Shown here piece after piece: positions 24,501 to 38,370 of a DNA stretch of 64,000 nt (the stretch's first letter is position 1; each line of letters begins with the position of its first letter). The notes below the pieces were generated by a model. The model saw only the letters and a list, made by a program, of their open reading frames with translations. It ran no database searches and was not told the origin of the DNA. The stretch comes from the human T2T-CHM13v2.0 reference genome, Homo sapiens: the NCBI RefSeq assembly GCF_009914755.1, contig NC_060944.1. One strand, written 5' to 3'. Position numbers and translations under genes: made by a program.

Positions 24501-24559
24501 GGCCACAGCAACAAGAATGTCAGGTCCAGTGGGCTTGGATGAGGCCTAACTTACTGCCC

Positions 24560-24632
24560 TCTATGTCCCCAATAATCTAAACAGGGCCTGGCACACAGAA
24601 GGTGCTCAGCGACATTTGCTGAAGGAATGAAC
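24560..24632 (+). mobile_element. L2 3' terminus
   Basis: acagggcctggcacacagaaggtgctcagcgacatttgctgaaggaatgaa. Confidence 0.75.
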
Positions 24633-25764
24633 GACGGAAATGTAAAGTAGGGAGGAAGGGGGAGAGATCTCAAGTTTGTTCATATCAGGAAAATAGCTCT
24701 GAATAATACTGAATTCTATATAAAAAATGTAATGCATTCTGTATCAGAGTTTCCAAAAAATATTTTTAAAAACTATGTTGCTGCTTAAACCAGCTCTGAC
24801 GGGAAGTTGAAAGTATTGCTTATAAGCCACAATTTTATAGGAATCTTATATGTACTATTGAAGTAATGTGGATAATGTAAGGAGATTTTTCTGAATGTAG
24901 ATCACATTATTTTTCTGGGTACTTGCCTTATTCTAACACTACCTTCATTCTTTGTTCCTTCTTCCTTTTCAAGGGGTTAATAGTCTGCAAAGAATCTATT
25001 AAATGCATTTATGGAAACTTCTCATTATGAAATGCTTCTTAGGAATCCACCCAGGGAATAATTTGGGACTTTTTTTTTAATTCAATTACTTCTTTTTCCT
25101 CTAGGTAGGAAGCAGTTGGGAAGGGTTATACTGAACTACAGGAATTAACTCTGAATCCAAATTTTGAAGTGTGTTAGTGGCGGCAAACTTCCTTCTCCGA
25201 ACATTGGTATGACTCAGTATTAAAGTGCTGGGCTCCTGGATGATAAGAAGTCTGTGTGTGGGGGTGACCATTGTATGTACATGTTCGGTTAATCATTACA
25301 GGCTTCTCTGCTTATCACCACAGTGGTGCTCACCACAGGCCAGCAAGAGGAATGATGGATTTCTCCCGAGTTCTTGGCAGGAACTGAGCTCCACTGGTTT
25401 TATTCTGAAGCTGCTAACAGAGAGCCTCCCACCCTTGCCCTTATCACTTTTTATTCTTCTACATCCTTGAAATTAATGAGACAATGAGTTGGTTGTGGTG
25501 ACCGTTTCCAGGCCTGTGGCTGCTAAGCTAGCGTCCAAGTCTGGCTGAGAGGTGGGAGGACTACGGCCAGGAGATGTTGGGTTTCACTACATGATGCAAT
25601 GCTCTAATTTGCTGAATCATAGTTCCTAATTTCCTGGAATCCAAGAAACATGGCCTTGTTTACCCCCGTTTGTACTTAGATTCAAGGGCTGGACATTTAA
25701 AGATCACCTGTCAGTCAATCCGCCTCCTTAAACTAAGATCTCCAAAGCAAGATGTGCCATTTTG

Positions 25765-26150
25765 TAAAAACTTCTATCCAAGTTTAACAGGCAGAAAGAA
25801 AAGTGAACATATCATAAATGTACCACCCAGTGATTTTTCACAAGCCAAGCACATCCTGTAACCAGCACCCAAATCGAGACGAACACCACCAGCCCCTTGG
25901 AAACCACCGGCTATTTCCCTTCCAGCCAACGACTTTACCCTCCCCAAGATCCCAACCATCTAGCCAGCAGCATGATTCATTTTTGGACTCTAAATAATTG
26001 GAATCACATCATATTGACTCTTCTGTGACTGGCTTCTTTTTCTCAACTTTTATCTTTGCAAGATTCAACCATATTTTTGTGCTTATAGCTCACTCTTTTT
26101 TCATTGCGGTATACTATCACTTTGTGCTACTATACTATTATTTATTCATT
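25765..26150 (-). mobile_element. L1ME 3'UTR fragment
   Basis: aaaagtgaacatatcataaatgtacc...tgtaaccagcacccaaatcgag...ggaatcacatc...ttctgtgactggcttcttt. Confidence 0.75.
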
Positions 26151-27989
26151 CTAAAGGTATTGTTTTTATGCTCTAAATTTCTGGGAGAGGAGTTTTTGCC
26201 ACACCCCAATACATTCAGACTTTGAATCATAATTTTAAATCCTCTTTTATTATTATTATTATCTTTGCTGTCTCCTACATCCAATTATTCTAATGAACTT
26301 CTAATGATTTCATGGCTTCATCTCCCTTCTCATCAGATTCATTTACAAACATCACCCAAGAGCACGGATCTGACCACATCCCTTTCCACTGAAACTTCTC
26401 CTGCTGCAGTCTTCTCACCCAGGCACTCCTCATCCTCCCTGGCTTGGTCCTTTCCTGTATCTTGCCTAATTCGCTTTGAAAGCACAGGATCTACTTTTTC
26501 TTTCTGGGACTGCATCATTATTTCCCCAGCCCTAGGCATATGTTGAAGGGTTTCTTCAGTCTAGAAGTTTCTTTTCCCCCCATATACAGTGTCAGACACT
26601 GCTAACCCATCCTTGAAGACCCAGTTCATATTATACAGTCCCAGCTCTGGTCTCCAGTTTGCCTGTTTCAAAGTCGGCTCTGTAGGGCTCTGCCCCTTCC
26701 GCTTCCCCGTGAGCTAGCAGGCGTCTGAGGGCCTCGGGTTTGCTCCCAGCCTCTCTCACCTTTGCCCCCAGATATTTGCTCCGTGAGAATAGCCTGGATG
26801 TTCTCTAACCCATCGTTTCTTCTTTTATTTTCACATTTCCTGATTACGTTCTGTCTCTTTTTCCAGGAAAAATGTCTGTGGGATGGCATGCCTTTCGAGG
26901 GCTGTGTGTCACAGAGAGATGAGTGAGGAGGAGAAACCTATTCTGATGCCCAGTTCGAGAGGATTCTCATCCAGACTTGTTCTCCTCTGAAAGCTCTCAC
27001 TGACTGTACCTTCTTAGTGTTGTTCTCCAGGTAGAATGAGGAGAAGAGCGCTGTGCACATGAGTAGCTGAAATGCCTTTAAATCCCATCACAATCCTGCA
27101 AGCTTAATGTGCTCAGAGGTGGCCAAAGGGAAGAGGAGGAAGCACAGCCACTGGAGAGGAGAGACAGCGCGAGGCAAGGCAGGCTGGCTTCGCATCCTCC
27201 TTCTATTCATGCACAGTTGTCATGGTCTGACAATTGCATCATCACATACACCGAAATGTCACAATGTCCTTATTTTCTAAAATTCTTAGTGCATAGTGTG
27301 ACACGAAAAAATTCTTCTGATTATGAATTTATATGAAAAGCCTTCTAATGGTAGAACATTTAATTTACATCTATACATTCAGTGATTCACATTTTCTGAA
27401 ATTAATATAATCAAGAAAAATCAGGACTGCCCTAAAAAATCTGCTCTTTGTCTCTGTTACTGATTGTAGAGCCGACCTCTCAGATCTGTTGATGAGATTT
27501 CTGCATGCTTTCTTTCTACATGACCCTGAAAAAATTTTTTAATGGGAACTCCTAAGGAGAAATCAGAGTTTCAGAAGACATCAGAGTTCAGAAGAAATTA
27601 GAGTGAATGTGCTTGAAATCTAGAAATTTGCTGAGAACAATTTCATGCAGAGGAGAGAAAGAAAAGACTGAATCCAGGCTAGAAAGTTAAAAACTGGCCA
27701 GTTATATCAATAATATGTCAGTTCTCAGTCCATCCCTTCTCTTGGCATGTGACCTCAAGATTGTCACCTTAAAAAAATAAGTTCTACGAAAGTAAAAGTA
27801 CTCAAGAGTTGGCTGGGATTTCCATTGCATTTTAAACAGCTCATTTGTATTCTCCTTGTACCCTAAAAGACCAGCTCGAAAGCAGTGAAGAGCATAAAGC
27901 AAGAGGCAGCTGGAAAAAAACAGGTCTTGAAATGATAAATGTAATGTTTCATGTCAGCAACTGGAATTTTTTTGTAGCGTTACTGTCTT

Positions 27990-28220
27990 GGCCTGCTGAC
28001 AGCATGATTTAATGGCCTGGTTGCTCCATGAGTTGACATGGCAACCACAGAAAATGCCATAAATATCTGAGTGTGGACGTGAATGCTATGTTTACATTGT
28101 GTGTGGTGCATTGTGTGACATGTGGTGGCTGTTGTCTCTTCCAGTTGGAAACGTCTGGAATTGACAGCCATGTTTTAGAGCCATTTGGGCTAAAACAACT
28201 CTCATGACAGACACTTTACT
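27990..28220. promoter_or_regulatory. Candidate developmental enhancer (MEIS, PBX/HOX-like, RFX, FOX)
   Basis: TGACAG 27997, TGATTTAATGG 28005, GTTGACATGGCAAC 28032-28045, CCATAAA near 28057, TGTTTAC 28089. Confidence 0.45.
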
Positions 28221-29229
28221 GCAAGTCCAGAGCTGTGCATTTTTGTGTATATTTGAGAAATTAAACTCAGTGTTCAATGGGCCAGAGGGCCTTAACACAG
28301 TTTGCCATGTACCATAAGCCACTTTCTACCTCAGAGTCAAGACAATGTTGAATTTCTTCTGTTTTCAACACGGTAGAGAACAATTATGTTCATTCAAAAT
28401 TGAATTTAGTGAGCACTTCCCTAGATTTACTGAAACCCAAATTTTAGAATTGGAAATATTTTTGAAATAACTTCTAGTCCAATAATTTTATTCCTTAGGC
28501 AAAGTAACAAAAAAGAAAATGGTTTATTTGTTTCATGCTCCAAGACCTTGTAGGAAAGCAATGACATCCATACTTCCCTTGCTTAGATTTTTGCACATTC
28601 AAAGAAATGTGAAATCATGTTTTAAAAAGAAGAAAAAGGGAACTGAAAACTGATTATATTGTATTGACCATCAATTCCCCTGAAGACCACCAGAAAAATC
28701 TACCTATCAAGCAAAACTATAACAACCACCATAGTAAGATAGAACACCACCTTGAAATGAAAATTAGGCTGGAAATGAAAATTAAGGTAGGGTATAAATA
28801 ACACCCTAGGACCTAGGCTGAGTGATTTTTAAGATGTTCTTTTCATGTAGGCAACTGGTTTGAACTGCATGGAGTTTGTGGTATTATAGCTTTCAATTAG
28901 CTGGACACAGCAAGGCCAGGCTAAGAAGTCAGTCTTTCTGAGTAAATAGTTTGCCTTAATAAATGAATTGTTTAGCTCATTTATGGTCTTATTTTTCAGA
29001 AACCGGTATCCCTGGAACATGCAGCTCAGCTACTTTTGCTTGATCTTGGTATTATTTAACATACGGACAGGAAAGAATGAGTAGTTTCAGTACTGTTTAA
29101 CACAGGGTCAAGACATTATGTTGACCTCTTTTATCAGTAGCCTCAGGTAAGTCATTTACTCTCTCTGGCTCTTGTTAGCTCACTCATTCATTCATTTTCC
29201 CTTTCACTAATCATATTCATTACTGAGTA

Positions 29230-29648
29230 CAGATGATTCTTGACTTACTATGGCTTGACTTAAAATTTTTTACCTAACAGTGAGAAAGCAATGCACATTC
29301 AGTAGAAACCCTAGTTCAGTGAATTCTGAACTGATCAGAAGATCAGTGAATTCTGATCTTTTCCCAGGCTAGTAATATACCATACAATACTCCCTCATGA
29401 AGCTGTGCAGTAGTAGTGAGCCATAGCTCCCAGTCAGCCATGATCACAAGGGTAAAAAATTGGGACTCTACAGTATACTGTGCTGCCAGATGATTTTGCC
29501 CAACTGTGGGCTGATGTAAGCGTTATGAACAAATTTAAGATAGGCTAGGCTAAGCTATGATACTCACTAGATTAGGTATATTAAATGCATTTTCAACTTA
29601 TAAGGGGTTTATTGGAAAGTAACCCCATTATAAGTCTGGGAGTGTCTG
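29230..29648. mobile_element. MER47B-like (Tigger5) MITE inserted in an L2 3' end
   Basis: Terminal inverted repeats cagatgattcttgactta / taagtctgggagtgtctg with TA TSD; internal cattcagtagaaacc and taggctaggctaagctatgat. Confidence 0.85.
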
Positions 29649-30968
29649 TACTTGCTAAATGTGCCCACTTAGGATACAAAGATAAGACTTGATAGCTGTC
29701 CTCAAGAAACCTACAATATATACTCTTGGTCATTTAATGTGTTACCATTATGTTAGATTCTTAAGTTTCAAGGAGCCAAGATGTGCGTGGGTAACCACAG
29801 GAGATAACTTTTATTATAAGTGCTTTCCAGGATGGTAGAAAGCACAAAAAGTTATCTCAGCAGCCAAAAGCCAGGAATTATGGAGACCAGAAACATTTTT
29901 GACCACAATTCAGGGTATTATAGGAGCTCTGGTGATCCTAACACCACTCTGGGGGGCCCATCTCCTCTCCAGAGAGAGGAGTCGATTAGCTGATTAATCA
30001 CAATCCAGTGTGGTGTACCACAACCTACCCAGGTTTTCACACGAGGCCAACTCATCGAGCAGCTCACAGACAATGCTGTCCCTGGATCAGTGGCAGGATC
30101 CAGTTGTGTGTCATTGGATGTATTGCTCAGTCCTGCTACACTCAGCTATGGTTCATGAAACAGGTCCCATGGCAATGTATATGAGAAAGACCTGGGGCAT
30201 CTTGCTCTGAAAGCCTCTTGGGAAAGATGGACCCCCAAAGACCCATGAACTGCCCAGGGTGAATATATGCTAGGCGATAGAATTATAAAATATTTTAACA
30301 TTTCAATTACGTGAAGTTTTTCTTTTTATAAATTGTCTCATTAAGCCTTACTTCCTTTACTGAAGCCCAGATCTTCACTAGAATCAAACGCAACTCTCTG
30401 TACCAAAATTATTGTATTTCTTTTTTAAAAAAGTTTTTGTGGTATGAGATTTTACTGTATTCAAAACAATTAGGGAGAATGTCTAAGTGAACAAACAGAA
30501 GCAACCAGAGAACTGAAATGGAAAATTTTTTAAATCTTAGTCTTTCTTTTACTTTTCTGTTTTTTTTTTTCTTTAATCTTGGTTTTGCAGAAGAAGCAAA
30601 ATATTGTCAGTGAAGAAGAGACAAATTTGTCACATCTTAATTTGATGGTAAAGAATTGCCTTTAATCATTGACCTTTCTTTCTTTGTCTTGGGATCAAGT
30701 TGTAACTATGGAGCCTGTTTTAACACGAAGTCTGAGAGAAAAGGGTTTAACCTCGCTGAAGGTAACAAACGTTGTCCTTCCCACGCCCAGTAGGTATTGA
30801 TGTGTTTGGTTTAGAGACCCATTCATCACAGCACTGTGAGCAGTCATCAGTCACACTAAGATGGGGACTTCACCTCCCAGACTTCTAATTTACCTTGTTC
30901 AAAACTATGAATTTGCATTGAAAAAATGAAAATTTCTCTGTTGTTTTTGGTATATAACAAATGGAGAC

Positions 30969-31690
<722 letters not shown>

Positions 31691-31909
31691 TTTTTAACTT
31701 TTTGGAGCTACAGTGCATGGAAGACTCTTCTGCAGTTTAAATTGTTTTTGTACTGTGGGATATCTTTATTGTGAGAGACCAAGTTTTCAGGTCACTCTGT
31801 GGCTGACTTCTATGGCTTCTCAAGTGACATTGTTATTGAAAGAATAAAAGTAGATTCACAAATGAAGGGGTCACAAATATAGTACGCAAGTGGAAAAAAG
31901 AAATGCCGC

Positions 31910-33345
31910 TAGAAACAATGTCACCCCAGTAGCAATGAGTAAACCTAGCACCCAGATCTTCATTTCTATACCATTCTCCAATAAAAGGAACCAGGGCTTT
32001 TTGGAGACATGGCTGATTCTCAGGCTGCATCACAAAATATGCACAATGAACATGGTACAGCTTGCAGTTCCAGGAAGCAAGGAAGTGATTGGAAAAAAAA
32101 AAAAAAAGGACACAATGATGGAGAAATGTCAAATGGACAAAGGAAGCAATGGAAAGAGCTCCCAATGGCCAAAGCTGGAATAATTAGACCAACAAAATAA
32201 ATAAAACAATATGGGACTATAACCCAGAGTATAAAATAAATATTCATGATTCCATATTGATATAAAAATAATAAAATAAATGAATAAATGGGGTAGGAGA
32301 CAAAGGTCTCTGCAGAAATTCCCAAATCATTTATGCACAAATTCTGCCCTCCAGGAGGTAAAGTATAACTCCCCGCTCCTGAAGACTAGACTGCATGTAG
32401 TGACTTTCTTCCAAAAAGCAAGGTATGAAAAGAGGGGAAAAGGAAACTTACAGTGGAGAAGCCGGACAAACACCACCTCAGCCAGGTAATCAAGGTCAAT
32501 GCCAATAGTCATGAGTCATGCTGATACAAGCTGAACATTCTCTAATCCAAATGCTCCAACATCTGAAACATTTTGAGTGCCAACATGGTGCCACAAGCAG
32601 AAAATTCTACACCTGACCTCATGTGGCAGATTGAAGTCAAAACACAGTCAAAACTTTGTTTCATGCCCAAAATTATTTTAAAATTTTATAAAATTACCTT
32701 TAAACTATGGGTATATAGTGTATATGAAACATAAATACATTTCCTGTTGAGACTTGGGTCTCACTCCCAAGATTATGTATATGCAAATATTTCTATATCT
32801 GAGCAAATTCAAAATTTGAAACACTTCTGGTCTTCAGCATTTCAGATAAGGGAGAGTCAACCTGTAGAATGTGCCTTTGATATGATGTGTAAGAATGGCT
32901 CTTTACCTCTGTGGTCTTCCTTTCAAAAACCCATCAGCTCAGGATAATTATGAGTAAAACATTAGACAAATTCCAAGTGAGGGACATTCTACAAAATTCT
33001 CCATCAGCACTCCTCAAACTATCAACGTCATCAGAAACAAGGAAAGTCAGAAACTGTCACAGCCACGAGGAACCTAGGGAGACTTGAGGACTAAACATGC
33101 GTGGTAGCCTGGATGGGATACTGAGACAGGAAAATGACATTAGGTGAAAACTAAGAAAATCGGAATGAAATATGAACTTTAGTTAGTAATAATGTATTAA
33201 CCTGGTTCATTAATTGTGATAAGTGTACCACATTACGATGTTAATGATAGGGGAAACTGGATGTGGGGGATATATGGGAACTCTCTGTACTACCTTTGAA
33301 ATTTTTCTGAAATTTAAAACTATGTTAAAAGGAAACATTTTAAAA
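31910..33345 (+). mobile_element. L1MC/L1MD long 3'UTR
   Basis: ccccagtagcaatgag...aataaaaggaaccagggc...cagtggagaag...tatgggaactctctgtact terminus. Confidence 0.85.
32527..32864. mobile_element. Tigger4b-like MITE inside the L1
   Basis: caagctgaacattc...ttcagataagggagagtcaacctg, flanked by TA on both sides. Confidence 0.85.
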
Positions 33346-33350
33346 ATATG

Positions 33351-33875
33351 TGCTAAGACAGACCCCCAAAATGCCACTTTTTAAAACAAATTTATATGAT
33401 TCTTCTCACAATTCTCCACCCCTTGAGAACTGAAATCAGCATAGTTCCCAGTGTCTTAAAACAACACTGGGGCCAGTCATTTTTTTGTTCCTTATTAAAC
33501 AATGTTGGAACCAAGCAAAAATCACTTACCTGCTTGCTTCAGGAAGACTTGCTTACCAAAAATGAGGCAGTAAATCCACTAAAATAGCTAGCTTATAAAA
33601 TCCAGTATCTTTCTTATCTAGATTTGCTTCAGGATCCTTGGCCTTGCGGGGCTTACCAATTGAGAATTGTTAGGGTAGAAACCCTGCCCAGTCCCAAGCT
33701 ACTCCCCACCTTGCAAAAGCTACCTTAGAAGTCCCCCAGTGCAGACCCTGACTTTGTCAACCTGAGGCACTATCAAGACTCTACCAAGGTGGTTTTCTCT
33801 TATACTACAGTAAATCTAATAAACTTAGTTTTGTTCCAGTAACATGTTTTTCTGGGGTCTTTTGGGAAGTTGACA
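33351..33875 (+). mobile_element. Probable ERV1-class LTR (MER90/MER110-like)
   Basis: TG...CA ends, about 525 bp, AATAAA near the 3' end in an LTR-like context; subfamily uncertain. Confidence 0.5.
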
Positions 33876-33949
33876 GTCAATAGTAATAGGGGTTGAAACA
33901 TGAGAACTTCATCTTCTCTTTTAAGAGTATCTTGGTATCTTCCAACTAG

Positions 33950-34700
33950 CGCAATCTCATGTCAGCTTAAGAGCCAGTTGAAGAAAAGTTCAACTCCTAT
34001 CAGGGCGGTGTGGTTTCTAATCCTTCTACTGCTGCCCATCATGGTGCTGTGAGTGATTTGGTGCAGGAGAGGAAGGGGCTTCCATACTCTGGTTTCCTAC
34101 TCCTCTCTGCTGTGTGGTGGCTCCAGGCTTGCATCTGCTGACAAAGTCCCACACCCGTGTCTTTCATTAAGCCAGCTGAGTGGTTCTCCCTCTCTAGCCC
34201 AACGGAATGTCCTGAGTACCAGCTTTAACTGCCAATTTGGTCTGTGGCTCAGATATTAACCTTGGCTACAGGGTGTTTACCCTGACCACAGTTGATGTGG
34301 CCCACCAGGCCCAGCAGCTGGCACCCATAGCTGCCCGTCGTGTTTGCTGTGAGCAGGCAGGCCCTCCTGCAGGCCTTCCACTCCATCCAACAGCCAAAGT
34401 AGTTCTGGAGGCTGATGGAGGCCTTATTTCAGCCTAATCAGGCCATCACGCCATTGTCAATCAACTGTAGCATCCCTTGTAAACTCAGGGCCACCCTCTG
34501 AGTGCTCTCAAATCAGCATTTCCAGTTTCTGGTTTTCTCAACACCTCCCCTTGCTCAAGATTTCCATCCTGATGAAGGAGGTCAAGTCATAGGTCCCTGA
34601 ACCCCTGCTTCCACTTGCCTTACTCTTTTCCCTCCACAGGGGCCTTTCTCCAGAGACATGAGACAGTTTCCCTTTCATGCCTGCTCAGGATTTCCTCTGT
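33950..34700 (-). mobile_element. Possible decayed ERVL internal fragment
   Basis: GC-richer stretch next to ERVL LTRs; the similarity is an impression only. Confidence 0.3.
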
Positions 34701-34739
34701 CTCATGGTGTGCTCCTTCTGGGGTGAAAGTCATGGTATC

Positions 34740-35183
34740 TGTGGCAGACATGGAGATGCAACCTCAGATCTCCAAGAAAAGATCTGTTACCCAGCTTCGA
34801 GGAGGAAACTCCCCTAGGTCTGGCACTGCTTTTGAGCCATGATACTCTTCTTCGGTGGCCCTCAAACAATGAGCAAAATATTGGTACAAGGCAGGGCCAT
34901 CTCCTCCCAACATGGGACCACTCTATGGGCGGTCTTTGTGGCAGAGCTCCTGGTTGGTCTCTGGGGGCTTTCTCGGAGCAATGCTGTGCTCTAAGAGTCC
35001 ATCTTTTTAATCCTCCCTTCTCCCCATCTTGTCCTGCTAGTCTTAGCCCCGCAGCATGGTCTGAAGGCTCTCCCTGTCAACTCCTGCTTTTTTCCACTTT
35101 GCCATTTGCAGTTGCTCACAATAAATCTCTTGCTCTTTTACCTTCTTCTTGGCATCTGCTTCCTGGAGGACTCAAACAGCTCA
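34740..35183 (+). mobile_element. ERVL LTR16-family LTR
   Basis: tgtggcagac...ctcagatctcc start; aataaatctcttgc...ggcatctgcttcctggaggactcaaacagctca end. Confidence 0.7.
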
Positions 35184-35499
35184 GTTCCTGGTCAGCAGAG
35201 CTGTGATGGTATATGGCCAAATGTGAACATAATTTATCAAAGAACAGGTAAAAAATCCACCAGGCTCATATTTTCACATTATATTTACACTCAAGTGCAT
35301 GTAGTTAGCCCTCTTGAAAAAAAAAAGAATCTATGCTGGCTACCTTCCTGGTACAGGAAAATCTGTTTGTATGTTATTTATATTTTTCTTCTTAGTAATT
35401 TGAGATATGTTAGAATCTTTAATGATTTAGAATTTTATTGACAAAATTAATGACCTTGTGCTAAGTGAATCTGGATCACTTACCTCTGAATGCAGCACT

Positions 35500-35869
35500 C
35501 ACCTTTCTCCACCTACTCAGGCCTTTTAAACTGCATCATCGGCTTCCTTTCTGGCTTCCAGTTAGGCTCAGCCAATGGAAATCACCAGCAGAAGATGTGA
35601 GGTGAGAGAGACTGAAGTTGGGGAGGTGCTCTTTCCTGCTGTCTCCCCGCTGAGCCACCACGGTGTCTACTGAAGCCCGCAGCACCTATCAGTGGATGCT
35701 ACTTGCTCTGGGCTCTGGTGGCTCCTTCCTTCCCTGGCCCATCAGGCTCAGGTTCCCGAACAGCTCCCCACTGCAACTGGCCCTGGGGGACTGCACCATC
35801 ACTCCCAGCACTTCCCAGACCCTGTACAGAGTTGAGTGTGCCTGCCAGCGCCCTGAGAGACTGAAACAG
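35500..35869 (+). mobile_element. LTR33-like ERVL LTR
   Basis: ctggcttccagttaggctcagccaatggaaatcaccagcagaagat...ttgagtgtgcc...gactgaaaca. Confidence 0.65.
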
Positions 35870-36949
35870 AAGCCAAACACAATTTTTTTCACTTATCCAA
35901 ATTCATGTAGTACAAGGTCATTAATTTTGTCACTCAAATTCTAGATCATTAGGTTTAAAGATTCTAACATGTTTCAAATACTAAAAAATAAAAATATAAA
36001 TACTGTACAAGAAGATTCTATCTCTAGAAATGTGTTGAGATAACTACTGAAATAAAAATCTGCTTGAGCTTTATTATGGAATTATTTCCACCAGTTTGCC
36101 ATGAGAAGCAATGTAGAATCTGTCAAAAGCAATAATCAGTCATAGCTGAGTTTGTTACAATTCAACATACTCCATGAAAGAAAAGGTCCCATCTGGATCA
36201 AAAGTCTTTTGGGATTAACGAATGAGATTCTTGTGGTTAATATAATTGTTTTTTGTCCTTGAACAAGTATCTCCACCCCCCAATGGGATTCCAATTTCTC
36301 CCATACATTGAATGGTGAAATGAACAAAATGATTCCAGACAGTGTTTCTGAAACTTTTTTTTAATGGTTCCTTTAGGAAAGCTGTGATCTTCCTCTTCAG
36401 ACACAATATGAATCTGTTCCTATTCATAAAATAGGGATGTAATTTCAGAGTTTTGGAAAAACTTGTATCCCGTAGTCCTTGAGCCTTAAATTATAAACCC
36501 TACATACAAGCACACACACACAGAGACACACATACACAGATACGCACACACATAGGTGCACATACAAATATACACAATTCAACATAGGAAGGGAGAACTG
36601 CTAAATCTGAAGGTTAGTCAGGGAAAGCAAGGGACAGAATATATACAAATATATCTGTGTACGTGTGCACACATACACAAATGTCATTTTTAAGTGAATT
36701 TGGGTTTCAGAAAATCTGTTCTTACTCCACAGGTTTACGGTTGGTTAAATTCAGTCCCAGGTTTTCAAATGATTCTTAAATTGTTCAAATGCTTACCCAA
36801 TTCATAGAGATAATATCAGGAAATTTGGGGGTTTCTACCAGAATGTATAAAGTGTTTCTAAGTCAAATATTTTGAACTAAATTCATGAGCTGAATTCACT
36901 TCATTGTCCAATGTCCATAACTGTCTCGTCCATGTGCTATTGTTTTCAC

Positions 36950-37730
36950 TTGTTGCACCACCACTGACAAATTGCCCAAGTCAGAAATGTGAGTGGCTTT
37001 GATGATTTCTCTTTCTTGTCGACAATTCCTAACAATTATGTCTCGAATGCATCTCAGGTGTTCTTCCTCCCTCTCTTTTCCTGGTCATTGTCCAGTCCTT
37101 CACCGCACTGTGGAGTGATTCCTCACTTCCTACTCCACTTCATCCTCACACCACCACTACTTATCCTTCCAAAATGCGCAGCTGATCTCATCATAGTCTA
37201 CTCAGTTCTTGGTAATTTAGCTGGCTCTTTCTTGATCTCTTCCAGGAAGAAAGCAACAACCCTTTACCACGGGCCTGAGGAAGCCCTTCATGGCTGGGCT
37301 TCTGATCACCTCTTCCATACTCACCAGTGGCACTAAATCACTGTTATTTCTCAACACTGCATGACTTTCTCAAGCCCCCATGTCTTTGCATTTCTTCTAC
37401 CTTCTGTCTTGACTTTCCTCCACTTAGACAGAGCCTTCTTATCCCTGATTCTCAGCCTAAATACCACGTCTTCAGAAGCCCTCACTGACTATAGCAGGAC
37501 AAACTAATCACTCTCTCTTTTCTGCTACTGCTGCATATTTTGCTGCTATAATAGGTCGTATTACAGGATAGGGTAGATGTTTATCTACACCTCTCTGTTT
37601 CCCCAGGAAAGGTGTGCTCCCTGAGGTGGGACCAGATATTTAACCTATTCTACTGATTCAACTTTTTTCCTGGTGCCTAGCATATCGTGGACATCCCAAA
37701 TATCCTGATTGAATAAATAAATAAACGAAT
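36950..37730 (+). mobile_element. L2 3' region
   Basis: ttgcccaagtcagaaatgtgagt..., aagcccttcatggctgg..., ends tgcctagcatat...gaataaataaataaa. Confidence 0.75.
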
Positions 37731-37987
37731 TTCCACATCCCTTTCTTTAAAAAGTACCAATTCCTTAATTACTCTTAAATGCACTGTAAAAAAAAAAAGA
37801 CCAAGTAATCTTATTGCATTATCCTTTGAGCATTTTTAACATCTCTATGAATTAAGTTATGAATCTCCTGATGACAGGGCCAACCAGGGAAAAATTAAGA
37901 AGCGATGAAAGTTCTGTTCTGTTCAGTCTCTAAGCCTCTCCTCAAGCTCACATTCCTTTCAGCTGCAGTGATTGCTACGTATAACCA

Positions 37988-38140
37988 GACATGCACACAT
38001 TCACACACATACACACACATGAAGACACATATACTCAGGTACACACATACATGCATCTATCTGTGTACTTACGATACATGCAATTATACGTGCATGCACA
38101 CTTACACCCAGACTACCCACAGGCAGGCATGCAGACACAT
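37988..38140. repeat. Degenerate (CA/TA)n low-complexity tract
   Basis: cacacattcacacacatacacacacat... (explains the THTY-rich ORF here). Confidence 0.8.
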
Positions 38141-38189
38141 ATGTGAAAGAGGGTTAGGAAGTGCTACATATGTACACACCAATGGAATG

Positions 38190-38370
38190 CTTAGTTTCCT
38201 CTACATGCTAACTATTTCACATAAAATATTAAATTAAATATCACAGTGGCCTTGGAGATAGGCATTATTTCAGATACAGATGAGTCATATAGGTAAACTG
38301 AGTCTTAAAACCATTGGAAATCTTGCCCAAACTGCCATCACAGGCTGGCACTGGGTTTCTTTGTTATATT
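38190..38370 (-). mobile_element. MIR SINE
   Basis: gagataggcattatt...aggtaaactgagtctt...cttgcccaa. Confidence 0.65.

Noticed and set aside
29740-30270. Possible ancient LTR containing the palindrome TGATTAATCA
   Set aside because: I could not match it to a consensus with any confidence, so it is left uncalled.
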